Assembly: GCF_022045235.1 (NCBI RefSeq)
Contig: NW_027266330.1
Span: 16,244,001-16,308,000, forward strand
Direction of reading: 5' to 3'
Origin: Haliotis cracherodii
Lineage: Eukaryota
DNA: 64,000 bases
Positions within the stretch are counted from its first letter, which is position 1. Every line of letters starts with the position of its first letter. Below are positions 11,701-23,956 of the stretch, one piece after another. The translations under genes and the position numbers were made by a program. The notes beneath the pieces were generated by a model. It ran no database searches and had not been told where the DNA came from. It was given only the letters and a program-made list of their open reading frames with translations.

Positions 11701-13489
11701 ATGATTCAGTCACAATCTATGCACCGAAAGCCTTATTGAATGTTATAACTTTTAAATACTTGTCCTGTTTGATTCAGGTCATGTCACGCACATCAACTAT
11801 ACGACATACATGCTCGTCGGGCTGTGCTCTGTCGTGACTATCGCAACTCTACTCATAGTGCTGAGAACAATAAGTATGTATATTTTAATAAATGTGTATC
11901 CTTTTTCATCTTCTTGTAAGTTGCCCGTTTGGGTACATGGTAAGGTTTGTTTGTATTTGTTTGTTGTTTAACGCCCCACTCAGCAATATTCCAGCTATAT
12001 GACGGCGGTCTGTAAATAATCGAGCCTGGACCAGACAATCCAGTGATTGACATCATGTGCCTCGATCAACGCAATTGGGATCGATGACATGCATAAAACA
12101 AGTCGGCGAGCCTGACCACCCGATCCCCTTTGTCGCCAGTCGTCTTTTACAGGAAGCATTGGTTGCTGAAGTCCCATTCTACCCCGGATCTTCATGGGTC
12201 TAATGGTGTCTGAAACAAACATCAACAGTTACATTGGTTTACAACGGTTTGCATTTCTCAGGTTATTTATACTGTCATGAAATCGTATTTGGACAGCGTC
12301 TTTGTATTATCTACGATAATGTGTAATGTTTATACGATACAGTATCATAAAACCGACCATCGAATGCCCATTTTTAAATTTCAGAATCGCGTGCCACTAG
12401 CATATAATTCGTGCCAAAGTTGGTTTAATAATGTTGGAGCTTTTGATTTATTTACATGTTTCACGTGTATTGTTATGGATAATATTGATTGATTGACTGG
12501 TTTGTTGTTTTACGCCGCACTCAGCAATATTCCAGCTATATGACGGCGGTCTGTAAATAAACGAGTCTGGACCAGACAATCGAGTGATTGATATCATGAG
12601 CATCAATCCACGCAATTGGGATACGATGACATGCTTTAACCAAGTCACCGAGCCTGACCACCCGATCCCGTTAGTCGCCTTTTACTACAAGCATAGTCAC
12701 CTTTTACAGCAAGCATGGGTTGCTGAAGACCTATTCTACCCCGGAATCTTCACGGGTCGTTATTGATAATACCATATTCCAATCGGTATAAGTATATAAC
12801 ACCTTCCAAACTACACTCCTGACAAGGGAGGCACGGGTGACCGAGTCTCTGTCACAATTCGCTGAGCAGAGACGCGTGGTTTGGGGGTGTTAGAATTCCT
12901 TATTATGCTTCTACTTTCTACAATAACACTTTACGCATGCTACATGTTAACATTTCACAAGTCATATTTCTAATTGGCATTTAGTATTGGGATGGTTTCC
13001 AGATAAAATGTCTGTGTCCAACACTTTTACAACATGGCCACTAGCATAAACCGCCGGGCAAATGGAACTGTACCTTGCAAATTGGATGTGACAACCGTTA
13101 CCAAAACGGGACTAGGTTGAAAACAGTCGCCGAAACACTGCAAATGTAAGGTCCGAAAACGTCATCGAATAACCATTTCATGTTTGTTTTATTATTAGCC
13201 TCTACCACAATGTACATTCTTTCTTTTGCCCGGCAGTAAGTTACTTTATAAGAGCTATACTAGCTGTTGCAGAAACAATAACATGTGTATTTAACAGTTG
13301 GTATTTTTTCATATAGGCAATAGAAGACAATGTTCCAGTGAAGATAACCACATCGTCAAAGAGGAGGAGGTGCAACTGTCGAAACGTCACATTACCAACC
13401 TTCATTTATTTACCAAGGAGGAGGATACAATAGATATATGTGAAACGCTCCCTTTAACTTCTTCCGAAAAGAGTGACCATATTTTATGA
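7981..13489 (+). CDS. Gene B: single-pass type I receptor, V-like Ig + second Ig + stalk + TM + Tyr-free tail (~347 aa)
   Basis: Exons: 7981-8029 signal MDLTFFLLCSLLSSVT; 9261-9623 V-like Ig (IRCSL..VYSVMMK..VTCNDRGNYSCSMAVR); 10784-11086 Ig2 (VRITCF..DWHWY..VTCQLG); 11503-11562 stalk; 11778-11873 TM (MLVGLCSVVTIATLLIVL-RT); 13317-13489 tail SNRRQCSS..SDHIL*. Canonical GT-AG, all phase 1, total length 1044 nt in frame. Confidence 0.85.
8728..9020. repeat. Inverted-repeat (MITE-like) element in intron 1 of gene B
   Basis: 8757-8830 is the reverse complement of 8950-9020 (~70 bp, few mismatches). A further inverted pair lies at 8728-8745 / 8845-8862, next to a (TA)n(CA)n microsatellite. Confidence 0.75.
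9880..10020. repeat. 10-bp tandem repeat (CAGTTAGGGT)n in an intron of gene B
   Basis: About 14 imperfect copies, each containing a TTAGGG-like hexamer. Confidence 0.85.
10503..10680. mobile_element. Palindromic Penelope-like (PLE) terminal remnant
   Basis: Roughly 85-bp inverted arms around 10590-10600, each carrying a CTTGA(T)AAcggtg...caccGAAAcgt motif resembling PLE 3' pLTR / hammerhead-type ends. Confidence 0.55.
11119..11377 (+). mobile_element. SINE-like family 3 copy
   Basis: Starts GACCCGTGAA..CCGGGGTAGAATAGG; full length. Confidence 0.85.
11945..12200 (-). mobile_element. SINE-like family 3 copy (variant subfamily)
   Basis: Shares diagnostic variants and a 5' flank with 22515-22760. 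Confidence 0.85.
12492..12758 (-). mobile_element. SINE-like family 3 copy
   Basis: Near-consensus; shares variants with 20738-21008. Confidence 0.85.
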
Positions 13490-13632
13490 CATTTGCTGCG
13501 ACAAAGAATCAAAGTTACTAAAACTTTACATCAGTCAGTCGGTTTCTGGAGCAAGGTCAATTTCAGCCAGTTTCTTCTTTGTATGGTCGTTAACTACTTT
13601 AAGTTCCACACTTTCATCTATACATATCCATT

Positions 13633-13634
<2 letters not shown>

Positions 13635-13664
<30 letters not shown>

Positions 13665-13672
13665 TATCATTA
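13635..13672. repeat. (CAT)n microsatellite just downstream of the gene B stop codon
   Basis: Directly visible; gives the poly-H, poly-S and poly-D tracts in spurious ORFs. Confidence 0.9.
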
Positions 13673-13825
13673 TTCCATGTTTTGTTATGTTGTCCTTGTC
13701 GAATAAATGCCATCCAACTTACAATAACAATAGCAACTCTGATTCCTTGTGCTGCCATTGTGATTTTTCCAGCTTCACTTGGGCGTCTGTCTATTGCCAT
13801 ATCGCTTGATTTCATTTCACACCTG

Positions 13826-14185
13826 GACCGCCTCCGTGGTCTAGTGGTAGAGCGTCCGCCAGGACCGCCAGGAGAGCGGAAGGTCCGGGGTTCATCCTCG
13901 ACCGCGTCATACCAAAAGACGTTAAAAGATTGTACTTTTTGTTACCCTGTCTGGCGCTCGGCATTAAGGGACTAAAACAAGGACTGGTCGGCTCGGAGTC
14001 AGTATACTGTGTCTGTGAGGGGTATTAATGTTAAACTGCGGCATGGTATCTCAGTGAGATAGCACTATAAATCGGCATCAGTCCGGACTAGTACAAACAG
14101 CCACACAAACACACACACACGTACATGCACGTCGCTATGTAAGTGCAATAATCTTGGACGCGACGTTAAACCCCATTTCACCTCA
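13826..14185 (+). mobile_element. SINE family 4 (tRNA head + Meta-domain-like core), near full length
   Basis: tRNA-like head, core GTCATACCAAAAGACGTTAAAAGAT, internal (CA)n, tail GACGCGACGTTAAACCCCATTTCACCTCA; flanking direct repeat TTCATTTCACACCTG. Confidence 0.85.
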
Positions 14186-16219
14186 TTCATTTCACACCTG
14201 TCCTAAGCTACCTGTCTCCTGATTGGTCCTCTTCTTCCTTACTCACCTCCTACCCATTCTGCCTGAACTCTATTGGAGGGATGGCTCTTTGTGCATCCAA
14301 CACATCACTTTCAGCAATAAAAGTTCATCATCCAAGCCTGCTTCGTGTTTTGACAAGCAGCCTATTGGCTGGACATATATATTCCATGCCCGGCTACAAT
14401 AGTATAAGGGAATATCTGGATGTTGTAGGCTAAGGTGATAATAGCTACAGGAAATGTCTTGTTAACTACGTACCTCCCTCTGAGTAATATACTGTTTTAT
14501 GTGTGGAATGTGGTGGGCAATATATTTATTCCCGGTTCGCCCCGATTATGTTTCTAGGTTCGTCAGCACCATACTTCGGGCTATCCTCCCACATAAAGCT
14601 GACACGCCATAATGTAACTGGAATACTGTTAAAAGCGGCGTTAAACCGTACTCACTCACTCACTCACTCCACCATGATGACGTTGTAACAGGCACCGCGA
14701 TCTGTTGGTTCTCAGAGGGGTAAATGGGATACTGTGGTTGAGACGATTGCTGCAATGGAGTGCGACCTGTATCGGGATTCTTCACCGAACAATCAACTGA
14801 TTTCAAATAAAATAATGTCGGTCACCATATACCAGTTACCTCATTCAAATATCAAAATATAGAAAGTTTATCTGCTCGATGACAATAAAATATAATGAAA
14901 TCTGAAATCATTATTTTTATGTCATGAACAGCAACAAGTGGACATTACACTTCAGTCTCCAGGGAGCACCAGATCCGGATACTGAGAATGATGCAATTTT
15001 GTGTAATGGAAAGCTGCAAAATCGATTTATATATTCTGATTTACAGCTTGAAAACTTACAAGCGCATTTATTCCACATGACAAATACAGAGAGCAGAGCT
15101 ATAACGCAATTATCGATAATGCCGATTTTACAATGAAGAAGTTAAATTACAAATAATAATGTTGCAAACAAAAGTCCAGGAATGTAAAATATGGTGGTAC
15201 AAATTCTACTCTTACTTTTCAAAATAAGTAATGATTAATATGGATTAGAGAAAACATGGAAATCAATCGAAGGAAAACGTGCATATAAAACTTATGATGT
15301 GTGTAATACAGCCAAACTCAGACCTTGACGGGGTACACAAGTTACTTTTTTGGACATTCCGGCACACAGTCAATCACAAGGCCAAGTGCTGGTGCAACAA
15401 CGGATGTAGGTTTCTTGGCGGCTGATTGCTAAGAGTGGTGGAAACGTGAGCTGTATCAAGCAAGTACCCTTTGAAGTATTGCTAAATGACACAAACTGGA
15501 CGAATTGTTTCTATGCTTGATGTGTCGGATGCTTATGCTCAAACATAAATGTGAGGAATGAGGACAGGATAATTTAAAAAGGACATTTGCCACATGTTAC
15601 AAGCTGCCCAGATGACCCCATTATGTATCAGTGGGTATTGAATAAGTTCATAAGTGATGTGTTTTTCATTTTGGAAACTCTAGTTTGAAGGGTAAAATGT
15701 AGTATTGTGCCCCATGATAATTTATTCTGTTTGAAATAGACCAGGTAAATATATACTATATTTTTGTCACGTTAAAAATATTAAACACACTATTAACAAA
15801 ATACAATACAAAAATAATCTTCTATCTTGCCTTATGCATATGCTGGTGGCTGTAAATCAAACATGACAGACATAAATGCAAACACAATTTCATGATGTCC
15901 ATAAGCTATTAATGTCAACTTGGAAAGTCAAACAAGCTACCTATTTCAACATTGAAAACAAATCTGCACTGCCAAAGTATAGAAACACGTGTGCTCAGGT
16001 AGACAACCGTTTCTGCGGATAACCTTTGGCTGTGCTTGAGTGTTACGTCGATTCTCGTGTCATGCTTTATGCATGAAACCCCTTTCTCCTTCCCGTCAAA
16101 ACTGATATTGTACAGTTGAGCTATGTCACTCACACGTCTTGAAACATCAGATTTTAAGTGACAGCATGGTTGAATAATGAAACATCGTACAAGCAAAGAT
16201 CTACATCCTTAAGTGTTAG

Positions 16220-19200
16220 CTATTCAATTTCCTCATAGATGGGTTCAGTGTGAAGGCCTTGGTTCTGCAGCATGCTGCAATCGGTAGGATCTTCAGGATG
16301 AAGATAGGCTGCTTCATGGTCTCCGATGTCCTTGTGAGGAGGGACACTTGGCATGTTTCTGGCGTGAATGATTATCACTTTACTTCCTGCTCGCTTGATG
16401 CGGTGACTCTCGGTGTGATGCGACTCGGAACAGTTGTTTGAAGTAGAGTGTTGGCATTTACATTTCCGATCTAGAAATAGAAGAGCAAGATTAGTTGTAA
16501 AGCATTGAAGTCTTCAAGTACGTATACAAATGGTTGGTAACATATCTTTTAAAATCCGACTTAACAATTGACATTTCATTCTAGAATAAATCAAAATATT
16601 AAGTTTTGTTATTATCTTATGATAAACATTCTTTTTTTTTATCTAGATATCAATTATCTAACCAACTAATACATGACATTCCGTCTAAAGTTTCCTTGTG
16701 CCATGTTCACCAGACATGTTAATTGTGTTCCATGGAATATCGCACATCGTTAATGTTGCACAATATAAAGTTGTGGAAAAAAGAAAAAAAATGGTAATAT
16801 GTCACAGAAGCTTTTAAATAACCTTAAAAGTATAAATATGCTTTTCTCAAACTCATTTCTGTTAAAGATAATTGTGTTTCATTATGTTCATTTGGCAACA
16901 CATGTATCCTGGTATTCTAATTACTGAACTTCACTCCACTTTCGAATACTTTGCCTCTTTTTTGTAACATAAACTTTCGTCTTTCCAGATCCAAATCCCG
17001 TTAGTATAAACTTGGCCCATAAGAAACAAATCGATAAAAGCTTTTCGCAAAATTACCTGATAAAAAGAGATGGAGAAGTGTGAAAACCAGGATAACAGCA
17101 AACGCCGACACAAGAACATATAGCACCATCAGTCCTATTCCTCCACTGTCTGTTATGGCGAACAGAAAACAATATAATGGAGGATAATAACACATTGTAT
17201 TTTTCTCAAGAATAAACACATTGTTTCATTCAAGTAAAGGGACAACATTTATGTACTGAGTAGTATGGGATCAGTTAAGTGAGTGAGTGAGTGTGGTTTT
17301 ACGCCGCTTTTAGAAATATTCCAGCAATATCACGGCGTGGGACACCAGAAATGGGCTTCACACATTGTACCCATGTCGGGAATCGAACCCGGGTATTCAG
17401 CGTGACGAGCGAACGCTTTAACCACTAGGCTACCCGACCGCCCCTGGGATCAGTTTAAGAGATGTGAGTTACCATCGGATATTGTAACGGTTACGGCTCA
17501 GTGGTATGTTTCTCGAAATTATCTGCAATTACTTTTCAAAAAAATTTAAATTTTTATTTTAACATTTATTTTAAACATTGCCAGTCAGATATGATAAAAA
17601 GTATAAGTTTGTACATAGATGTATTTTTGATATGACATGATTTTGGAATGGGGACATTCAGGTATTCCGAAACTTACCTGGGTGTGTGATTGCTGAGGAG
17701 ACAATTGACTTGTTTGTGACTGTAACGTTGGTTGTCTGTTCTTTTGATGAATCTTGAAAGTAAGGTTAATTGTCATTGTATGAAGAAATTACTCTGATCT
17801 CATAGGATGGTGTTATGTCATTGCCTGTTACCGTTCCGTCACTTAGTTACATTTCGATATTCCCTGAACTCATCACTGGACCTTTGCAGGCACACAATTG
17901 TTGGCCTAATTTAAAAAGGAGTGATGACACTGTCCCGGCCGTCATTCATGACATTCAAACATCACTTACATATTTGGTGTGAGTGAGTATGGTTTTACGC
18001 CGCTTTTAACAATATTCCAGCAATATCACGGCGGGGGACACCAGAAATGGGCTTCACACATTATACCCATACGGAGAATCGAGCCCGGGTCTTCGGCGTG
18101 ACGATCGAACGCTTTAACCACTAGGCTGCCCGACCGCCCCTTACACATGTGGAGGACAAACATAATATTCGATGCAATTCCCGATTTTGACTTGTACCAC
18201 ATGTTCCCGTGTTGTTTTAGGTGAACAATTGACCTGCCTTTGCATGTGTTTGTGCCGGGTGCCACCGGTGGAGCAGGATACGCTCCCCTTTTCGCGAACA
18301 CCTTGTTTCATCACTATTTAATAGTGATTCATAAACACATGTTCAAGATATAGTCGGAATCAAACAATCGACTTTTTTATGAGTACGGAAAGGTTTTTGT
18401 CGCTTTTATGTTTATATACTGCACTATTGATACACGTCTGTTTTTCTGAAATATACATATTTTGAGTTCATGAACAATGCGATATTAAATGGACGTCGCA
18501 TTGTACAACGCAGTCATGGACAACACCGTTGACAGACAAACATCAACTATGAGAAAAGCATTGTAAGGGGTACATATCTAAGTATGTTATTTAGTTTAGG
18601 TATACTAATTGCAAATATTTAAAGGTTATAATCATCTCCATGATAAGTTCAAGATAGCCTCAGTCAGCTGTAATTGACATACGTGTATGCATTCTCATGT
18701 TTCAAATATCAAAATATTTTCGAAGCGACCAAATAGTGTTTGGTAAGGAAAGGGTCAGTCCAAATTTGGGCTTCAAAGGAATGATTTGTATAACATGGAG
18801 CCGTGAACGGAATCATTCGATATCCCTTTGTATAACTTTGAATGTATAGATACAGCATGAACAGGAGATGGATGAAAGCAAAAGTGCAATTACATTCATC
18901 TATGTATCGAGTTTCGATTTGGATCTTACCTGGAAATGACGTGGAGACGTTTGGATGTATGTGTTGGAGAGACACAAGATCTACCAAAAAAGAAAAGAAT
19001 GATATATTTTTTAACAGGTGTTTAACAGACAATATCCGCAAGCTAATTGCACCAAACGTGTTTTAAAATAAGAATAATGATCATTAAACTTATAACTCCA
19101 GTTGACTCGAGTCTTCCGTCCTTAAGAACCAGTACTAACCTTTAAGGTTTGGAGAATGTGACAGGTTTAATTTTATTTCATTTTTGAGTTCCCCATTTAG

Positions 19201-22200
19201 ACATTTGATAGGACCTCCGGCGTCTTTTCTTGTGACAGTATATTCTATAGAGCTTGAACACATGTGTAAACATTCAGATTCATCGTATGTGCAATTGTTC
19301 GATACATTGTGGTTGTTTTGATTTGGCAAAAACCACGACCAATCGGCTTCCTCGTAGTTCTTCAATACAGAGCAGGTAATGTTGACCACTTCGCCTTCAG
19401 TGTAGGCAGGTCTGTCCGGGGTCACTGTGAGGGAAATACCACTTGGGTCACCTAGATATAACAGAAGGTTTCACTTTCAGTCATCTGTTGTTCAAGTAGG
19501 AAATATAATATAACAGTGCCATTAAGAATTGACAGCCATACAACAACCAGCTAAATCGCGGGGTAAAATAGTTCCTCAAAAAGAGAGGTGACATGGGCGT
19601 ATGGATGCACAACTTGCTCTTCCGAAACATCTTACGCAGCAGATGTGTTCAAATCATATCATCAGATGAGAAAGGTCTGTAAAGAACTACCTCAGTAAGT
19701 CAGTCACAATGACAGCGCGTCGTAATACAATCACATCAAGTACAAGACGTCAAAATGGCCGACACGATAAACGTGACGGGAAAGATTTCCGAAGTTGTTA
19801 ATGAACGTGTGGCGGCTACATGTGTTAGTCATCATTGATCAAATGGCCGATCATTGAAAGGTGAATAAAGATGCGTCAAACAGACACAAAGGTAAATTCA
19901 TAGATTGCTGGAGACGGTCAATGTCAGCCTAGGCACGGATCGAGTCGATACTACGATAGTTTAGATGTGCATTTCTTCGTTTGTTCATTAGGATGGGCCG
20001 TAGCGAGAATATTCGTGAACAATCGTGCAGTCACGGTCTCTGATATTTCTCAATGTATACTGAAAGGCTGAGACCAAGAATGAAGGTTCTAAATGATCAG
20101 AAAGAACGCTTATTCATGTTTTCGTGCTAGGGAATTCCCAGGGGATTCCCCAGGAATGTGGATGTAGTCCGTCAGTGTTTACGTCATTTCAAGAACACGG
20201 GCTCGTGGAAAACGTATGAACGTCAAATTGTGTCGTTCATAAACTTCAATAAACGTCAATTTCGCGGTCATGTGACCGACCTCTCGTCCCGCAGAAAAGC
20301 CGTATATCGTGTTAACTTCAAATTAAAAAAATATTACAAAAAAAGAAATACTATGGGTCACTTCTATAAAAGTAAACGCCATAATATTTTCATTCACTGG
20401 TAATACATTATCTTCCCGATTATCATTCGAGTTCACTCGCTTGCAAGGCATTGGTGTACTTGTGACGTTATCTTTGTTTAGTGAGTGAGTGAGTATGGTT
20501 TTACGCCGCTTTTAGCAATATTCCAGCAATATCACGGCGGGGGACACCAGAAATGGGCTTCACACATTGTACCCATGTCGGGAATCGAACCCGGGTCCTC
20601 GGCGTGACGAGCGAACGCTTTAACCACTAAGCTACCCGACCGCCCCTATCTTTGTTTAAACAGACAAGCGGACACACGCCTCCAGAGACAGCGAAGAAGT
20701 GTTGTATTGTCGTTGACGTTTTGAGTATCAAATTCTAGTTTGTTTGTTTGTTTGTTGTTTAACGCCGCACTCAGCAATATTCCATCTATATGACGGCGGT
20801 CTGAAAATAATCGAGTCTGGACCAGACAATCCAGTGATTAATATCATGAGCATCGATCCACGCAATTGGGATACGATGACATGCATCAACCAAGTCAGCG
20901 AGCCTGACCACCCGATCCCGTTAGTCGCCTTTTACTACAAGCATAGTCACCTTTTACGGCAAGCATGGGTTGCAGAAGACCTATTCTACCCCGGAATCTT
21001 CAGGGGTCTCAAATTTACACTGCAAATTTACACAAAGTAAACTTCGAAATTTATGTAATTTTTGAAAACGAGTAATCGATGACATATATCCCTTAATCTT
21101 TTGTGAATGTTCTAAACATACTACCAATGTCTTATAAAAAAATATCAATTCTACGTGACGAATACTATTTGTACCTCTCCAAAGTGAAGTCTAAAAACCG
21201 TGTCCTGGAATTCATGTGGTAATTCTTTAGAACATTTTAACATCACTGACTAAAGGCCACATACATTATATTTGACGAATGCATGTACATGCTAGGGCCT
21301 CTAAGCCTTAAATCTAACTCATTATAAGGAGATATCAAAAGGCTGTGATCCAATGCATATTTGACATTTGGGTTGTGTGTAGTGCAATTCTACCTCGATA
21401 ATGTACTCCTGCAAATGCACTTATACAAAAGCACTTTTCAAACTTCCAGTTTACCATGGGATAAACAGACCGTGGGATTCGAGTGGAATGTGATCATGAA
21501 AAGTACCTTTTCTGTGAACTGTTCACTTAATCATGTAATGTGCTATTCGTGAAACTCTAGTATTTGTACTCTAAGACAGATAGAGTATCCGTGACAGTAC
21601 CATAACGTGATAAAAGAGAAACAGTTGCAAGGCCATTTTTATAAATGCTTCTGTTTCAGTTATGACGACACGTTGTTCCTTTCTTTATCAAACCTTAACA
21701 AGACGCGGATAATAGTGAGTGAGTGAGTGAGTTAGTTTGGTTAAAGGCCTCATTTAACATAATTTCAGGAAAGCCACGATGCAGGTCTCAGACGTTGACC
21801 AATTTGGTGAAACCCATGAGCACAGGTATGGTGCTGACAAACCTAGAAACATAATCGGGAAGAACCGTGATTCGAACCCACGATCATAGGTTTCTGGTGT
21901 GTCCAAGGGACGTAATGCTACACAGCGAATTGCGGCGCCTTAGACGACGGGTAATTAATAACGATTAATAACGCAAATAATAATCACTGAAGTCCGACAC
22001 ATTCTCAAACAAAACGTCGGGAGGACTCACCCTTGACTTCCAAACGAGATGTAACAGGTCCAAGCTCCATGCTGTTATACACATGTCGAACTGCCATGCT
22101 ACAAGAGTACTCTCCCTTATCCATACACGTGACGTCATCCAGAGACAATTGAAGAAAAGCAGTGGAAAAAGATTCTGTGGCCACCGAACCATTGGCAGTG

Positions 22201-22934
22201 AACTTTGATTCCGTCATCTCAATGCTTCCATCCTGAAATAAAATAGCCACGGAACTCCCTCCTTTCTTAAGCATTATCGAGTACACCGTGTCCGTCCTCG
22301 AGAGCACCATATCAAGGTGGCATCGTATAGTCACGGGTCGAGAACTGCCTGGACGAATTATCTTCGGCTTGATATCTAGGATGATCTGGCACCCTATAAA
22401 AGCATAAAACAATATGCAATCAGAATGAATTGACACGGTATAACTAACAACAAACGTAATGTATCACAAGCCACTATTTACATAAAAGTGAAATACGCCA
22501 ACATATATTTTTCGCTCGATTGTTGTTAAACACCGCACCCAACAATATTCCAGCTATCTTACGGCAAGCTGTAAATAATCAAGTCTGGACCAGACAATCC
22601 AGTGATTGACATCATGTGCGTCGATCAACGCAATTGGGATCGATGACATGCATCAACCAAGTCAGCGAGCCTGACCACCCGATCCCCTTTGTCGCTAGTC
22701 GTCTTTTACAGCAAGCATTGGTTGCTGAAGTCCCATTCTACCCCGGATCTTCACGGGTCTAATGGTGTCTGAAACAAACATCGACGATAACATTGATAAA
22801 CATTGAATATTGTAAGCATTGTTTTAGCGTTTGAAATAATCTATAGCTATCGACTTAGCTTTTTTGGAAAACGTACCAGCGAAACCCCACTCAGCGAGTA
22901 CGACGTAGAGTATTGTCCGAAAAAAGTACTCCAT
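16220..22934 (-). CDS. Gene C: single-pass type I receptor, V-like Ig + second Ig + S/T-rich stalk + TM + Tyr-motif tail (~400 aa); paralogue of B
   Basis: Exons (minus): 22934-22877 signal MEYFFRTILYVVLAEWGFA; 22393-22031 V-like Ig (363 nt, same length as in B; IRCHL..VYSIMLK..VTCMDKGEYSCSMAVR..LGPV); 19451-19140 Ig2 (VNITCSV..DWSWF..IKCLNG); 18980-18930 and 17752-17678 stalk; 17149-17057 TM (GLMVLYVLVSAFAVILVFTLLHLFL); 16470-16220 tail DRKCKC..AAYLHP..EPIYEEIE*. All phase 1. Confidence 0.88.
17278..17444 (-). mobile_element. SINE family 1 copy
   Basis: High identity to the family; TGGGATCAGTT direct repeat on the flanks. Confidence 0.88.
17978..18140 (-). mobile_element. SINE family 1 copy
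   Basis: High identity to the family. Confidence 0.88.
20480..20646 (-). mobile_element. SINE family 1 copy
   Basis: Consensus-like; TATCTTTGTTTA direct repeat on the flanks. Confidence 0.9.
20738..21008 (-). mobile_element. SINE-like family 3 copy
   Basis: Full length. Confidence 0.85.
21714..21950 (-). mobile_element. SINE family 2 copy (degraded)
   Basis: Homologous to 1373-1661. Confidence 0.75.
22515..22760 (-). mobile_element. SINE-like family 3 copy (variant subfamily)
   Basis: Homologous to 11945-12200. Confidence 0.85.
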
Positions 22935-23447
22935 GTTGCTGAATGGAAAGGGTCATGCACACTGCCTGTCGTACGTACAAACTCCGCTCCAAAAGGAAGG
23001 TTGTGTTATTGTTCAGAGGTACGTGTACATTATCAGGATACATAGGCGGAAATTATTTGTACAAAGATATAAATAGATTCATTTGTGACATTGACATTCT
23101 AGTGAAACAAACCCTGACTGTTTAGATGCATTAAACCTGGTTAGAACCAGGCTGCTTGTGGGAGAATTTGTGTTGATGTTTGTTCTGATATGTTATTAAC
23201 TGCTAAGTGCCCAGACTGATTGGATACACTCATTTCTCCATATTGGATCTTTAATAATTGCAGTGTACAAACCTTAATATAGTCCCATCATCAATTACCC
23301 GTTTGCCGTGCTCATTGTCAATAGTGCTTAACATAGGTCTGTAAGGTGTAACGCATACGTATGTGTGGAAATACATGTACATGTCATTATATTATGTCAA
23401 TTTGTATATAAAACCACAATAAGTACATTGACCCTGATAAATTACGA

Positions 23448-23706
23448 TACCCGTGAAGATCCGGTGTAGAATAGATCTTCAGCAACCCATGCTTGCCGTA
23501 AAAGGCGACTATGCTTGTCGTAAAAGGCGACTAACGGGATCGGGTGGTCAGGCTCGCTGACTTGGTCGATGCATGTCATCGATCCCAATTGCGTGGATCG
23601 ATGCTCATGATATTAATCACTGGATTGTTGTGGTCCAGACTCGATTATTTACAGACCGCCGTCATATAGCTGGAATATTGCTGAGTGCGGCGTTAAACAA
23701 CAAACC
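23448..23706 (+). mobile_element. SINE-like family 3 copy
   Basis: Full length. Confidence 0.85.
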
Positions 23707-23956
23707 AAGGACAAATCCTGACTTCGAAGCATGTCAGTGTGTGTGTGTTATGTATGTGTGTCGCAGAAAGAGGCCGTGAGACAATGATGGGCGCGATTTC
23801 AAGTAAATTCTTGGGCTTTTGATATTCTATTTCCATACATGCGAGTGAGTGAATATTGTTCATATTGTCGCATGATGTGTATTATTGATGCATGTACATA
23901 ATGTTTTAGTGTTTGAACTAATAAGTGTTTCATCCTCAAATCTAGGAGATATAAAA

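Noticed and set aside
13473-13975. ORFs with poly-His, poly-Ser or poly-Asp
   Set aside because: They derive from a (CAT)n microsatellite and a SINE.
7981-22934. Naming B/C as SIRP, basigin or FREP, and A/D/E as CD47 orthologues
   Set aside because: Only architectural resemblance: no canonical ITIM pair, no basigin TM Glu motif, no fibrinogen or lectin domain, and no clear CD47 sequence match. Gene symbols were left blank.
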